DNA of 64,000 nucleotides from Octopus vulgaris. Its lineage: Eukaryota. Both the position numbers and the translations under genes were made by a program. The notes beneath the pieces are model-generated. The model was not told the DNA's origin and did not search any database. It saw only the letters and a list, made by a program, of their open reading frames with translations. Location of the stretch: assembly GCA_951406725.2 (NCBI GenBank), contig OX597818.1, positions 142,290,001 to 142,354,000 on the forward strand. The letters are read 5' to 3'. Below, piece after piece: positions 40,933 through 53,922 of this stretch (within the stretch, counting starts at the first letter, position 1; the number at the start of each line of letters is the position of its first letter).

Positions 40933-41345
40933 ATTTTACTCTTTTACTTGTTTCAGTCATTTGACTGCGGCCATGCTGGAGCACCGCCTTTAGTCGAGCA
41001 AATCAATCCCAGGACTTATTCTTTGTAAGCCTAGTACTTATTCTATCAGTCTCTTTTGCCGAACCACTAGGTTACGGGGACGTAAACACACCAGCATCAG
41101 TTGTCAAACGATGTTGGGGGGGGGGGGATAAACACAGATACACAGACATACACACACACACATATATATATACATATATACGACGGGCTTCTTTCAGTTT
41201 CCGTCTACCAAATCCACTCACAAGGCTTTGGTCGGTCCAAGGCTATAGTAGAAAACACTTGCCTAAGGTTCCACACAGGGGGACTGAACCCGGAACCATG
41301 TAGTTCTTAAGCAAGCTACTTACCACACAGCCACTCCTACACCTA
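40933..41345 (-). mobile_element. SINE family A
   Basis: Full-length colinear copy. Confidence 0.85.
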
Positions 41346-41843
41346 CATGATGTAGTTCTAGATGTTCTAAATACAGTTAAACCATGACTTGCAAGTAAGT
41401 ATGACTTCCTGACATGTATGATGATTTTATTAATTGTTTTAAGTGTTAATATAGCCATGAATAGGCATAGATACCACCTCATCCCCTTCATTCTTGCCTG
41501 CAGCAGAATATCCAGGATGTGATAAAGTGACAGAGAGAGAGAGAGAGTTGGGGGTTGTATGAGTAGTCATCTGACATTAATTTCAGCTGAGTAACATTTC
41601 ATGTTACTGGAGTGCCTTGTCTTAGGACATGACACACCACTTACTCCAGAAAGAGCTGAATATCTTTAGCACTACACCATGTGCCTTCGATGGATGCACT
41701 ATGTCAGAGATAAAATGCTAAGTCTGAGATGTTCAGAAAATGTACATACATAGATAAATTCATTTTATGTTACTGGACACAGTCAAATTCAAGCAACAAT
41801 AGTATGTTACATATAATAGAGGAATCTTTACATAGTCACTCAC

Positions 41844-41870
41844 CTTATTAGAAATAGCAGTAATGTCTCC
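41844..41870 (-). other. Candidate 27-nt microexon (GDITAISNK in phase 0)
   Basis: gttgtttcAG|GGAGACATTACTGCTATTTCTAATAAG|GTGAGT. It contains TAA in phase 1, so it is not coding-compatible between the 52538 and 30336 exons. Confidence 0.2.
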
Positions 41871-41900
41871 CTGAAACAACACTTTACCACCTTAAATAAG

Positions 41901-41946
<46 letters not shown>

Positions 41947-42065
41947 CCCATATATACATATAAATGTATATATATATACCCATATATATATACATACATA
42001 TAAAATAAATATATATACCCATATATATATATATATATAGTGCATCTATATATATATATGTGTGT

Positions 42066-42124
<59 letters not shown>

Positions 42125-42648
42125 CACATATATATACATATATATACGTATTTATATATACACATATATACACACACACACACATACACACAAACATATA
42201 TATATTAGTCTGCCTCACAGCTGCATGGGTTTTTTTGTTGTGTATGTATTATTTTGTAATGTTTATTTACATCATTGTCCTGTACATTCGTTAGCTAATC
42301 CCAGAGGCATTTTGCCACAAGCACCACCAATAGTGAACAATATCAATGTTAAAGGCACGAAATTGTAATGATCTTCTGGATGTTGACTGATGAGAAGTAT
42401 GCTACAAATTTTCTGTTTGTTATGTTTATGTTCTCATAATATTTCTGTTTGTTGCGATTTTGCTAAATTTTTGAAATATATATATCATCGCTTAACATCC
42501 GTTTTCCATGCTAGCATGGGTTATATATATATATATGCACAGATACATACATATCTATATATATATATATATACACATACATACATACATACATATATAC
42601 ATACATACATATATATATATATACATACACACACATACATACATATAC

Positions 42649-42699
<51 letters not shown>

Positions 42700-42730
42700 C
42701 ATACACACACACATACATACATACATACAT

Positions 42731-42762
<32 letters not shown>

Positions 42763-43652
42763 TTATACATAGAGTGTGTGAGTGGGATGGGGTTATAGAA
42801 AGCACATTATGAAGCAACATGCCTGTTAAGAGGTTCAATTGGCCTGGAGCTAGAAAACATCCAGTGTTCTAATGCACTGTAGTGCACATACATTATTTGG
42901 TGCAAGTTGCAGCTGCCAAGTTTACTTCATCACCACCTGCATGTTTTAGCTAATCATTTAAAAACAAGGCAGAATTGCAAAAGCCTGAGCAATGCTTGTC
43001 TATTTAGATTTGATGGATGTGGTAGAAGAGACCAGTATCATCATCATCATCATCATCAAGAATACATTTTCATCATTACCTTCCTCAGTATTAACACCAT
43101 TGTCATCACCTTCATTATCACTATCATTACTTAGGATGATGATTGTTGAAGTTATAATGCTGAAACTGAAAGAAGCCTGTCATATATGAGTGTGCAAGTG
43201 TGCGTGTGTATGTGTGTGTGTGTGTGTGTGCGTGTGTTGATGGATGTGTGTGTCTGTGTCTGACAACTGGTGTTGGTTATGTCCCCATAACTTAGCAGTT
43301 CAGCAAACAGAGACCAATAGAATAAGCAAAAGGTTTTACAAAATTCTTCAAGGTGGTGCCCCAGCATGGCCACAGTCTTATGACTGAAACAAGTATAGCC
43401 GTGTAAAAGATAAAATTATGTTTCAGTCTTTTATAAAATATAACCAATCGTGGATGTTGCCAGCCTCCTGCAGTCCCTGTGTCGGTGGCACGTAAAAAGC
43501 ACCCACTACACTCATGAAGTGGTTGGCGTTAGGAAGGGCATCCAGCTGTAGAAACGCTGCCAGATCAGACTGGTGCCTGGTGCAGCCTCCTGGCTTCCCA
43601 GACCCCAGTCGAACCGTCCAAGCCTTGCTAGCATGGAAAACGGACGACAAAC

Positions 43653-43706
<54 letters not shown>

Positions 43707-44026
43707 CTGTCTGTTCCTTCTGTTGATAAGTTTTGGCACCAAATTTCTGTCAGCAAAGAACAGACATACAACTCAGCAGGGTTCAGTCAACATAACAGCC
43801 CTAAAGATATGAATTACAACAGTATTAACTTTGAGGAATTGGAAATTAACCCATTCTGAGTCATGTCTAGCAAAATATTTGGTGGATACTTACGATACTC
43901 ACTCACACTGCACATACTTAGTTTTAGAAGAACTGGACAAAGCATCCTTCGTACACACACATATACAAACATGCATTTAATTTACAAGCACATGTAATCA
44001 TACACATGAATGTATGAATGTGTGTG

Positions 44027-44068
<42 letters not shown>

Positions 44069-44519
44069 GACTCATTAAAATAACATATTACAAAACTATT
44101 TAAAGATATTGCTCATCTGGAGATGGTAAGCTGAAAGTGCTGGGCGTGGTAATATGATGATGATGGTGATGATGGTTATGGTACCACCAATGAGGACAGT
44201 AATGGTAAAGTGGTGATGATGATGGCAATTGTGGTTGACATTGTTGCGATGATAGCGATGATAATTGCGGTGGTGTATATGAGTATGCATGTAAGTACAG
44301 AAGCGTGCAATATATACATGCACATCTATGTGCATGTATAGAAGAAGAGGCTAAGAGGGAGGGGGAGAGAAAAAGGAAGAAAAAAAAAACCAGTGCTGGC
44401 CAATATTTTTACTCACGCACCTAAGCAATACAGGATGAATATTAATGAGTGCAACATAAGTGGAATTCTGAACATAAGTATATGTGCATGTTTGCGTGTG
44501 GTGTGTGTGTGTGTGAGTT

Positions 44520-44557
<38 letters not shown>

Positions 44558-45268
44558 TAAATACCTATGTAGAAATATAAGTACAACCCATTTGCAGACA
44601 TAATAGCAACACACACATATTCCATATAATTTAGTTTCTAAAATGTTTGCGCAATTTATTTCCTTTTTCTGTGTTATTTAGCCCTGAGTTAACTATGTCA
44701 GAGCTATGAACAGCTTGTTTTTTTTATTATTTTTCCTCCTGTAATAGTGTATCTAAGGCTACATTGTCCAATGTGTCCTTAATTAAGATGGTACAGCATG
44801 ATTTCAGGGAGATTTAGCAGCAAAATTTCCAGGAGATTGAGCTTTTAAACACTTATTGATTCATCAAGCACAAAATTTGGTAAGGAATGGTGTGTATACA
44901 ACTCCAAATACTGTAAAAAAAAAAGCATATTTCCTATGCCCCCAAGGGAACTTTGAAGGTTAGGCCTTAGCTTTGTTAGGCTAAGAGATGGATCTCTGTC
45001 TAGAGTAGAGAGAGGAGTTCTTGCTTTTAACATTCCTGACAAGTAAGTAAACAAGGCAGCATCTATGTAGCTGTTCAACCCACAAAAAACAGCAAGAAAA
45101 AATCTCCCTCAAGGCACACCCCAAAATGGCTGCGTGGTTAAGAAGTTGGTTTCACGGGTTTCAGGTTCAGTCCCACTGGGTGCTATCTTCGGCTACTGTC
45201 TTCTATATTCTCAGACCAACCAATGACTTGTAACAGAATTTGGCAAATGGAAAATATGCAAAGCCCAT

Positions 45269-45359
<91 letters not shown>

Positions 45360-45839
45360 GTGTGTGTTTGTGTGTGTGAATATCTACATTCTGTGATTGC
45401 AGGAAAAATTGCTCAGCTTCAGATATTGTTGTTTGTTTTCATTGCTCTATCAATAAATTGTCCACTAACATTGCACTTTCAAAGACAAGTGAAATTCAAA
45501 ATCCCTCCCTTGAAAAATCAGCTAATGGTCAGTGACAAGAAGGGCATTCATCTGTAAAAACATTTCTAACATGTTTCTGTAACCCATGCTAGCATGGATC
45601 AAACAAGACTATGAGCTAAGTTTTCCATAGGTGGATGCCCTTCCTGTTGTTAACCTTCACCTGTTTCCAAGCAAAGTAAAAATACCCCAGTTTACTAAAT
45701 AACAAACAGCCCAGACATGGTTACACAGAGAACTAGAAACAAATGGCAACGTTTGAATGACCCTTTTGTTCACAACCAGCAAATGCGCATGAAAACAAGT
45801 GGAAATGCAAATTCACCTACATAAACACACTGTGTGTGC

Positions 45840-45932
<93 letters not shown>

Positions 45933-47092
45933 TATATATACATATCATCATCATTTAACATCCATGTTCCATATTGGCAATGGGTTCGACAAGGATATGA
46001 CGGGTCCAAGTACTGCATTATGCCCCAGAGTCTGCTTTAGCATAATTTCTATGGCTGGATACCTTTCCTAACACCAACCAATTTACAGTGTGTAATGGGT
46101 GCTATTTTTCATGCCACTGGCACCATTGAGGTTGCCATGCAGCTTACAAGTCCACAAAACATGAGGGATGGATTTTGGAGTGCATCCCTATATTAGAAGG
46201 AGTTGGGGTAGTCCAGGTTCATATATGACACATGTCTTCAGTATCCATCTACCAATTTCACACACAAGATACTTGTCAGCTGGGTCTTGTACTATGTCCA
46301 CAGACTTACCATGTTTATGCAATGGAACCAAACCAACCTCCTATGTGGTTCTAAAGCAAACGTCTTAATCGCACAGCCATTCCATCAATACATTAAACAA
46401 TATAGTTTAACAAAGCAGAATGGCCACAGATGGAATGCATTTCACCAGCCATCTCAATGATCAAGGTTAACCTGGGGTTGAACAACAACATGACTACTCA
46501 GAATAGGTGAAGATTTAACTTACTCTGTTCACAGCACTGTACACTCGATAAGATAGTTGTTGTTGGTGGTGGTGTTGTCAGTCAACTTCCCATACCCCCA
46601 CCTCTGCTCCACTTATAAACCTTCAACCATCTTTAAACCATCCCAAAACATCCCCCAAGACCTAATCTACAATCAGAAACCTTTGGAGGTTGACAAAAAT
46701 ATACAAATCCAATGTGGTGGATTGACGGAACAGTAAGAATGTCAAACTAGATGTCACACTATCTGCTCCAAGTTCAAATTCAACTGTAGCCCTACTTGCA
46801 TGGTATACCTAATGCATCACTTGGTTTAACAGCATCAATCTGACACTTTAGGTGCTTTGAGCAGAATTCACTCTGTTGCAAGCAATCAGGCCAGTTTTCC
46901 AGTTAGAGGATACCTTTCTCTCTGTTCCCCAACTAATCTTAGAGACCCAGTAAAGAGTCATGGGTACTGCCTTCCTTCAGGATTATAAAAAAAGCTCTTA
47001 ATTCTGAGTTCAAACCATGTCATAGTTCACTTTAACAGCCAAATCTTGCTCAAGATACACTACATTAGTAATCTAGTCCTGGTTTTATATAT

Positions 47093-47507
47093 ATTCTTTT
47101 ATTCTTTTATTCTTTTACTTGTTTCAGTCATTTGACTGCGGCCATGCTGGAGCACCACCTTTAATCGAGCAACTCGACCCCGGGACTTATTCTTTTGTAA
47201 GCCCAGTACTTATTCTATCGGTCTCTTTTGCCAAACCGCTAAGTAACGGGGACATAAACACACCAGCATCGGTTGTCAAGCAATGTTAGGAGGACAAACA
47301 CAGACACAAACACACACACACATATATATATATATACATATATACGACGGGCTTCTTTCGGTTTCCGTCTACCAAATCCGCTCACAAGGCTTTGATCGGC
47401 CCAAGGCTATAGTAGAAGACACTTGCCCAAGGTGCCACGTAGTGGGACTGAACCCAGAACCATGTGGTTGGTAAACAAACTACCTACCACACAGCCACTC
47501 CTGCGCT
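47093..47507 (-). mobile_element. SINE family A, young copy
   Basis: Full length; forms an inverted pair with the next copy. Confidence 0.88.
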
Positions 47508-47695
47508 TATGTATATATGTATTGGGGGAAAGACAGGAAGAAGGAAATGGAGAATAAATGGATGTAACTACTAATTTATTTGTGTGTCATAAAAAGGTGA
47601 CATTTAAGAAAAATAACAGTTCTACAAATAAATTGATTAGAAGTTGAAAGCCCAAAGAAAAATAAATCAAAATAAAAAAGAAAAAGAACCTACAT

Positions 47696-48115
47696 AGGCA
47701 CAGGAGTGGCTGTGTGGTAAGTAGCTTGCTTACCAATCACATGGTTCCGGGTTCAGTCCCACTGCGTGGAACCTTGGGCAAGTGTCTTCTACTATAGCCT
47801 CGGGCCGACCAAAGTCTTGTGAGTGGATTTGGCAGACGGAAACTGAAAGAAGCCCGTCGTATATATATATATACATATATATGTGTGTGTGTATGTTTGT
47901 GTGTCTGTGTTTGTCCTCCTAGCATTGCTTGACAACCGATGCTGGTGTGTTTACGCCGCCGTCACTTAGCTGTTCGGCAAAAGAGACCGATAGAATAAGT
48001 ACTGGGCTTACAAAGAATAAGTCCCGGGGTCGAATTGCTCGACTAAAGGCGGTGCTCCAGCATGGCCGCAGTCAAATGACTGAAACAAATAAAAGAGTAA
48101 AGAGTAAAAGAGTAA
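47696..48115 (+). mobile_element. SINE family A, young copy
   Basis: Full length; head-to-head with 47093-47507. Confidence 0.88.
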
Positions 48116-48134
48116 TATTGTCTTTCCCCTAATA

Positions 48135-48585
48135 TTGATAATTTCAATAATCCTGCAGGAGTGGCTGATTGGGAGGGGCTAAAAGCGGTTTTGACACTAT
48201 GGACCCAATCAGCCGCTAAAGATCTGGTATTTCCAGATTTTCTGAAAATGGCCGATTGCAGGTACCCAGTGATACTTGAGGGACGCTGCCCACCAAGTGT
48301 CACCTGTGCCTGGAATCGGGCCATATTAAGGAGGAATGTTCTCAGGAGCAAAGTAGGGTCCTGGAGCAGTTAATAAAAGTAGTGCCACACCCTCCTCCAT
48401 TGGAGGGAGAAATGGAAGCAGTCGAGGAGGTGGAGACCTCTTTGAAGAAAGGAGAAAAAAGGAAGAAGGTGGGCAACAATGGTTTCCCACTGAAGGACCC
48501 CAAAGCTGCGGAAGGGAAGGAAGACCTTCTGGATAAAGCGGAGGAACTACACCCTCCTGTAGCACAAGAGAGGAAAGAAAGAAAA
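48135..48585 (+). pseudogene. Frameshifted LINE ORF1 fragment (L1/Tx1-like) with CCHC zinc knuckle
   Basis: ...FPDFLKMADCRYPVILEGR [frameshift] KCHLCLESGHIKEEC (C-x2-C-x4-H-x4-C, 48298-48339), followed by a charged tail. Confidence 0.65.
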
Positions 48586-49428
48586 AAGCCCATCGTATAT
48601 GTGTGTTTGTGTGTGTGTGTGTGCACGTGTGAATGTACATGTGTGTCTGTGTGTTTATGTTCCTCCTCCCCACCATCACTTTTCAACCGATGCCGGTATG
48701 TTTACATTCCCGTAACTTAGCAGTTTGGCAAAAGAGAATAAGTACTAGGCATACAAAGAATAAGTCTTTGGGTCGATTTGTTCGACTAAAGGCAGTGCTC
48801 CAGCATGGCTATAGTCAAATGACTGAAACTAGTAAAAGAATAAAAGAATATACCATCATATGTATATGGATTAAACCAGTTAATACCTTGGATTATATAA
48901 TCCCTAAAGAGGATATAACTTCCTCAAACTAGCTATATATATATATATATTCTTTTACTCTTTTATTTTTTCAGTCATTTGACTGTGGCCATGCTGGGGT
49001 ACCGCCTTTAGTCAAACAAATCAAACCCCAGGACTTATTCTTTGTAAGCCTAGTACTTATTTTATCACTCTTTTTGTGCTGAACCGCTAAGTTACAGGGA
49101 CATAAACACACCAACATCAGTTGTCAAGCAATGGTGGAGGGACAAATAGACACACAAACACATATATGTATATATATAACAGGCTTCTTTCAGTTTCCAT
49201 CTTCCAAATCCACTCACAAGGCTTTGGTTGTCCCGAGGCTATAGTAGAATATATATATATATATATACAAATTGAGATAGGGGTTGTAAATGCAACCCTC
49301 CATGGGATCCCTACATTATTATGTTTAACTTTATAGTTTCTTATGTAGTGGTTTAATAAAGTATGTGATTGAGTATTATCTGGTAATTGATATTTGATTT
49401 CAATGTATTTCTCCATTTTCTTATTTTG

Positions 49429-49463
<35 letters not shown>

Positions 49464-50346
49464 TTTACAGACAAGAAAGTAAACTTCAAATGGAGTATAG
49501 CTGTGAAAACAGCGGAAAGATTGGGTATTTTACATTATAAGATGGAAAAAAGTTGCCAACAGATGACTACAGGACTCAGAACCATGCATGTGCCTCACCG
49601 AATTCTATCTGACCCATGCAAGCTTGAAAAAATAAATATTAAAATGAAGGTGGTGATGTATATATGTACAGACAAACAGTATTCTCTCTCTCTCTCTCTC
49701 TCTTTGTGAGTGAGTGAGTATAGCTGACAGGCTTCTGTACAGTTTCCGCCTACCAAATTCACTCACAAGGCAATTGGTCAGCCAGGACTATAGTAAAAGA
49801 CACTCACCTAAGGTGACGACACACACTGAGACTAAACCTGAAACCACATAGTTGTGAGGCAAACTTCTTAACTACAGAGCCATGCCTTTGTGTACATATG
49901 TGAATGGGGCATTTTCATGTGGGCCTGTGTATTTGTGTACCATTGTTTATATATGCATATGTATTACTCTTATTATCTATGTATGTGTGAGTGTAGATAC
50001 GTCTGTGTATAACTGTTTGTGTATGTTTATATCTTTCCAATCAAACTGAAGTGTGAGTAGAAGAAATATTGAAAGTAAATTTAATTTTCTAGAAAGTTTT
50101 GGAATCCGTAAGAAAGAGAAGGCTTCATTTATATTTGCTGTGTGAAGCAGAAAAGGGGTCAGAGATAGAGGAAAGAACATGAAGAGCACAAAGCAGGGGG
50201 GAGAGGTGGAAAGAGAGAAGGATTTGGAAATTAGAAGAGAATGAATATGAAAGGTGGAGGAAACACTGAGTTAAGGATGAGAAAAAAATATGGACAGACA
50301 GCCATACAGACAAACACACAAATGGATAGACAGGCATACAAACAGG

Positions 50347-50372
50347 TAGATAGATAGATAGATAGATAGATG

Positions 50373-50407
<35 letters not shown>

Positions 50408-50444
50408 GGATAGATGGATAGATAGATAGATAGATAGATGGATG

Positions 50445-50538
<94 letters not shown>

Positions 50539-50565
50539 CAGATATAGACAGATAGATAGATAGAA

Positions 50566-50624
<59 letters not shown>

Positions 50625-50684
50625 TGAATGGATGGATGGATGGATGGATGGATGGATGGATGGATAGGTAGGTAGGTAGGTAAG

Positions 50685-50715
<31 letters not shown>
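50347..50715. repeat. Compound tetranucleotide array (GATA)n(GACA)n(GATG)n(GGTA)n
   Basis: Direct reading; a shorter (GATA)n lies at ~403-490. Confidence 0.97.
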
Positions 50716-51625
50716 CTAACAAATGAAAGAATGGATGGACTGAGAAAAGATTTAGGGGCAGGGATTATATCATCAACATCCGTTTTCCATGTTGGCATGG
50801 GTTGGATATATATATATATATATACATATACACACACACACACACACACACAGAAGAAGTGTAAGGGAGTATGCTAATACAAACATTTAGAATAGAGACA
50901 TAGTTTGATGGAGAATTGAAATGAGAGAAAAAGAGACAAGCTAATAATGATGGTTACACAAGTCTGTGTGTGTGTGTATTCATGTGTGTGTGTATATATA
51001 TATATACAGGAGTAACTCAGAGGCTTTAAATTTCGTGTTTAACATGTGTTAAACTTGAGAATTTTGAAAGAAATACATGAATGTTTGTGTGTGAGTGTGA
51101 TAGGTAGGTCAGGAAAACACTGCTACAGGTACCCCTAACTATCTGTCTCATGTTCGGGTGGGTAGTTGGTGATGAAACCAGCACCCCCAGCTGGCTTGCC
51201 AGGTGAGGAGTGGGTTGTAGACACTTTGCAGGACTAAAACCAAGACCCGTCAAAGGACGGGTGAGCTTATTGTGAGCCAACGACACCCACATGGGTGGTG
51301 TTTTGTTAAAAACACCCTGCACGAGGGCCAGTAAACAGTGCATTTCACTGGTTCAAGACATAGCCACAAAATCTCCGATGGGAGACATACATGGAGTCAA
51401 CGTCCTCAAATGATGTTGCATAGAGCTAAGAAATGTGCATGAGAGAGGTGCAGCAGGAAGGTTGCAATATTTTGTAAACAACAATTTAAGAAACCAAGTT
51501 GTTGATTTTGTTTTTTTGACAAATGAAATAAATTAAACAAAAAAATATTTACTGATTTTGGATAAATAATATTATTGCGAAACACAGGTACTGTGTGTGT
51601 GTGTGTGTGTGTACATTATATACAT

Positions 51626-52030
51626 AGGCGCAGGAGTGGCTGTGTGGTAAGTAGCTTGTTTACCAACCACACGGTTCCTGGTTCAGTCCCACTGCATGGC
51701 ACCTTGGGCAAGTGTCTTCTACTATAGCCTCGGGCTGACCAAAGCCTTGTGAATGGATTTGGTAGACGGAAACTGAAAGAAGCCTGTCGTATATGTATAT
51801 GTATATATGCGTGTGTGTGTTTGCGTGTCTGTGTTTGTCCCCCTAGCATTGCTTGACAACCGATGCTGGTGTCTTTATGTCCTCGTTACTTAGCGGTTCG
51901 GCAAAAGAGACCGATAGAATAAGTACTGGGCTTACAAAAGAATAAGTCCCGGGGTCGAATTGCTCGATTAAAGGCGGTGCTCCAGCATGGCCGCACTCAA
52001 ATGACTAAAACAAGTAAAAGAGTAAAAGAG
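51626..52030 (+). mobile_element. SINE family A, young copy
   Basis: Full-length colinear copy. Confidence 0.88.
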
Positions 52031-52305
52031 TATATATACATACACATACACACAAACATATACATACACATACATACATATATACACATAAATATATAGA
52101 TACACATAAATATATAGATACACATACATATATACACATAAATATATACACACATACATACATACATACATACATACATACATACATACATACATACATA
52201 CATACATACATACATACATACAATCCTGAGTGCATGTTTATGCGTATATATGAGATAGCATGTAAGTGCAAGCATTTGTGTACTTATATATTTGCCATGT
52301 GTGTG

Positions 52306-52370
<65 letters not shown>

Positions 52371-52470
52371 TGTGTGTGAAGCATTTTTATTGTTTCATAC
52401 TTCATAATCTCCCCAATAAAAAAAATAGAAAATAAATAAATTGAAATCAAAAAAATTATCATCATCATCA

Positions 52471-52513
<43 letters not shown>

Positions 52514-52537
52514 CATTAATTTAAATTCCATACTCAC

Positions 52538-52562
52538 TGAAGATATGTATCTGTGTTTCCAT
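52538..52562 (-). CDS. Candidate first coding exon segment (METQIHIF + 1 nt) of the same gene
   Basis: ttggcaATGg context with an upstream in-frame stop, 8 codons + A, then donor TTCA|GTGAGT. The phase-1 exit matches the phase-1 entry of the 30336 exon (A|CA = Thr). Lies at the edge of a ~2.5 kb SINE-free stretch. Confidence 0.35.
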
Positions 52563-53891
52563 TGCCAACTTCCACGTTCTTGCGAATAAATATCAACAAA
52601 TCATCAGAACTGTTGGTTCCACCTAATCCCCTACACAACAAACTGCCCCCCACCAAAATAGCTGGTACCCCCACCCCCAAAATAAAAAGACAAAATTTCC
52701 TCACAGACACTACAACAAATTCTTCTCAGAACTTTGAATTCTTAAAATTAAAAAAAAAAAAATTTACTAGTGAAAGAAAGCTAACAGAAAATAATTAAAA
52801 CCTACCCCTACTACCACCACCACGACTGAATGATTAATTATATAATATATATATACATATATATATATACAATTTCTGTATATTTTTTGCTATGATTTGT
52901 AGTGTTCTTGTCTTTTTACCTATTGCTTTTTCTTTTTTGTTTACAATTTCTTTTGTTAGCAATGAATGAAATTCTTTGCGATTATTCAAGTAGAGGAACG
53001 AAGGGAACAATTCATTTCTTTCAATAGATGGAGCAGGAATTTGGTGGGCAGGTGTGGTGAAGCAGATCAGGTATTGTTACGCCTATTATCATTATTATGG
53101 TTGTTGTTAATCACAATAATAATAATGATATTAACAGGTTAGGAGGGGAAAGAATATCTATTGCCTAAACAATATGAAAAGGTGTAGACAGAAAATTTTA
53201 GGGTCCTCACTTCACATTAGGATCTTGACTTGATCAAGGAGGGAGAGAGAGAGAGAGAAGAAAGTATGGGGTCGGGTAACTAATGCACACACATGTATAA
53301 GAGCACACAAATACACATAAAAAACGGTGGGGTGTGGGGCACAAAAAGTCTAATAGAAATGTAATCGGGGTTCAAAGGGTGGAGGGAAGAGAGTGATTAT
53401 GTCAGTGGTAGGAATGGGTAGTCAGAGTAGGGTGGGTGGGTGGGTGGGAGCAGTGTAGTGAATTAGAACAGAATTATTCAGTGGAATTCCTCAATGATTC
53501 CTAGCCAAAGTGGGCTCGCTGTTGGAACACTGTATATGAATCAATACATAGAACTAGGAATGAAGAATTCTTTCAGAAAACTCCAAGTGAGAGATGGAGA
53601 AAGAGACAGAAAATGAAAAGAAAAGCGGCAGAGAGAGAGAGAGAGAGAGAAAAAGAAGAGAGTAAAGTGACTGACTACATTGAAAATTGGTTGTGGTGGT
53701 GGTGGTGGTGGTAGTTTTGTTGTGATGTGGGGGATGAGTGGAACTGGAGGATGAGAGAGAGAGAGAGAGATGGTAAATAAATGATGGAGGTGTGTAAGAT
53801 GCAGTGATGTGTGCAATAATGGTGGTTGCAGTGGTAGTGTTAGCTTGAAGAGAGAGAGGTGCTAGTACAAGTTGATGCAAGGTAATAATAA

Positions 53892-53922
<31 letters not shown>

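Noticed and set aside
46518-46593. Minus-strand donor AGA|GTAAGT with upstream ATG
   Set aside because: The ATG frame stops after three codons and the other frames also contain stops; at most a UTR exon.
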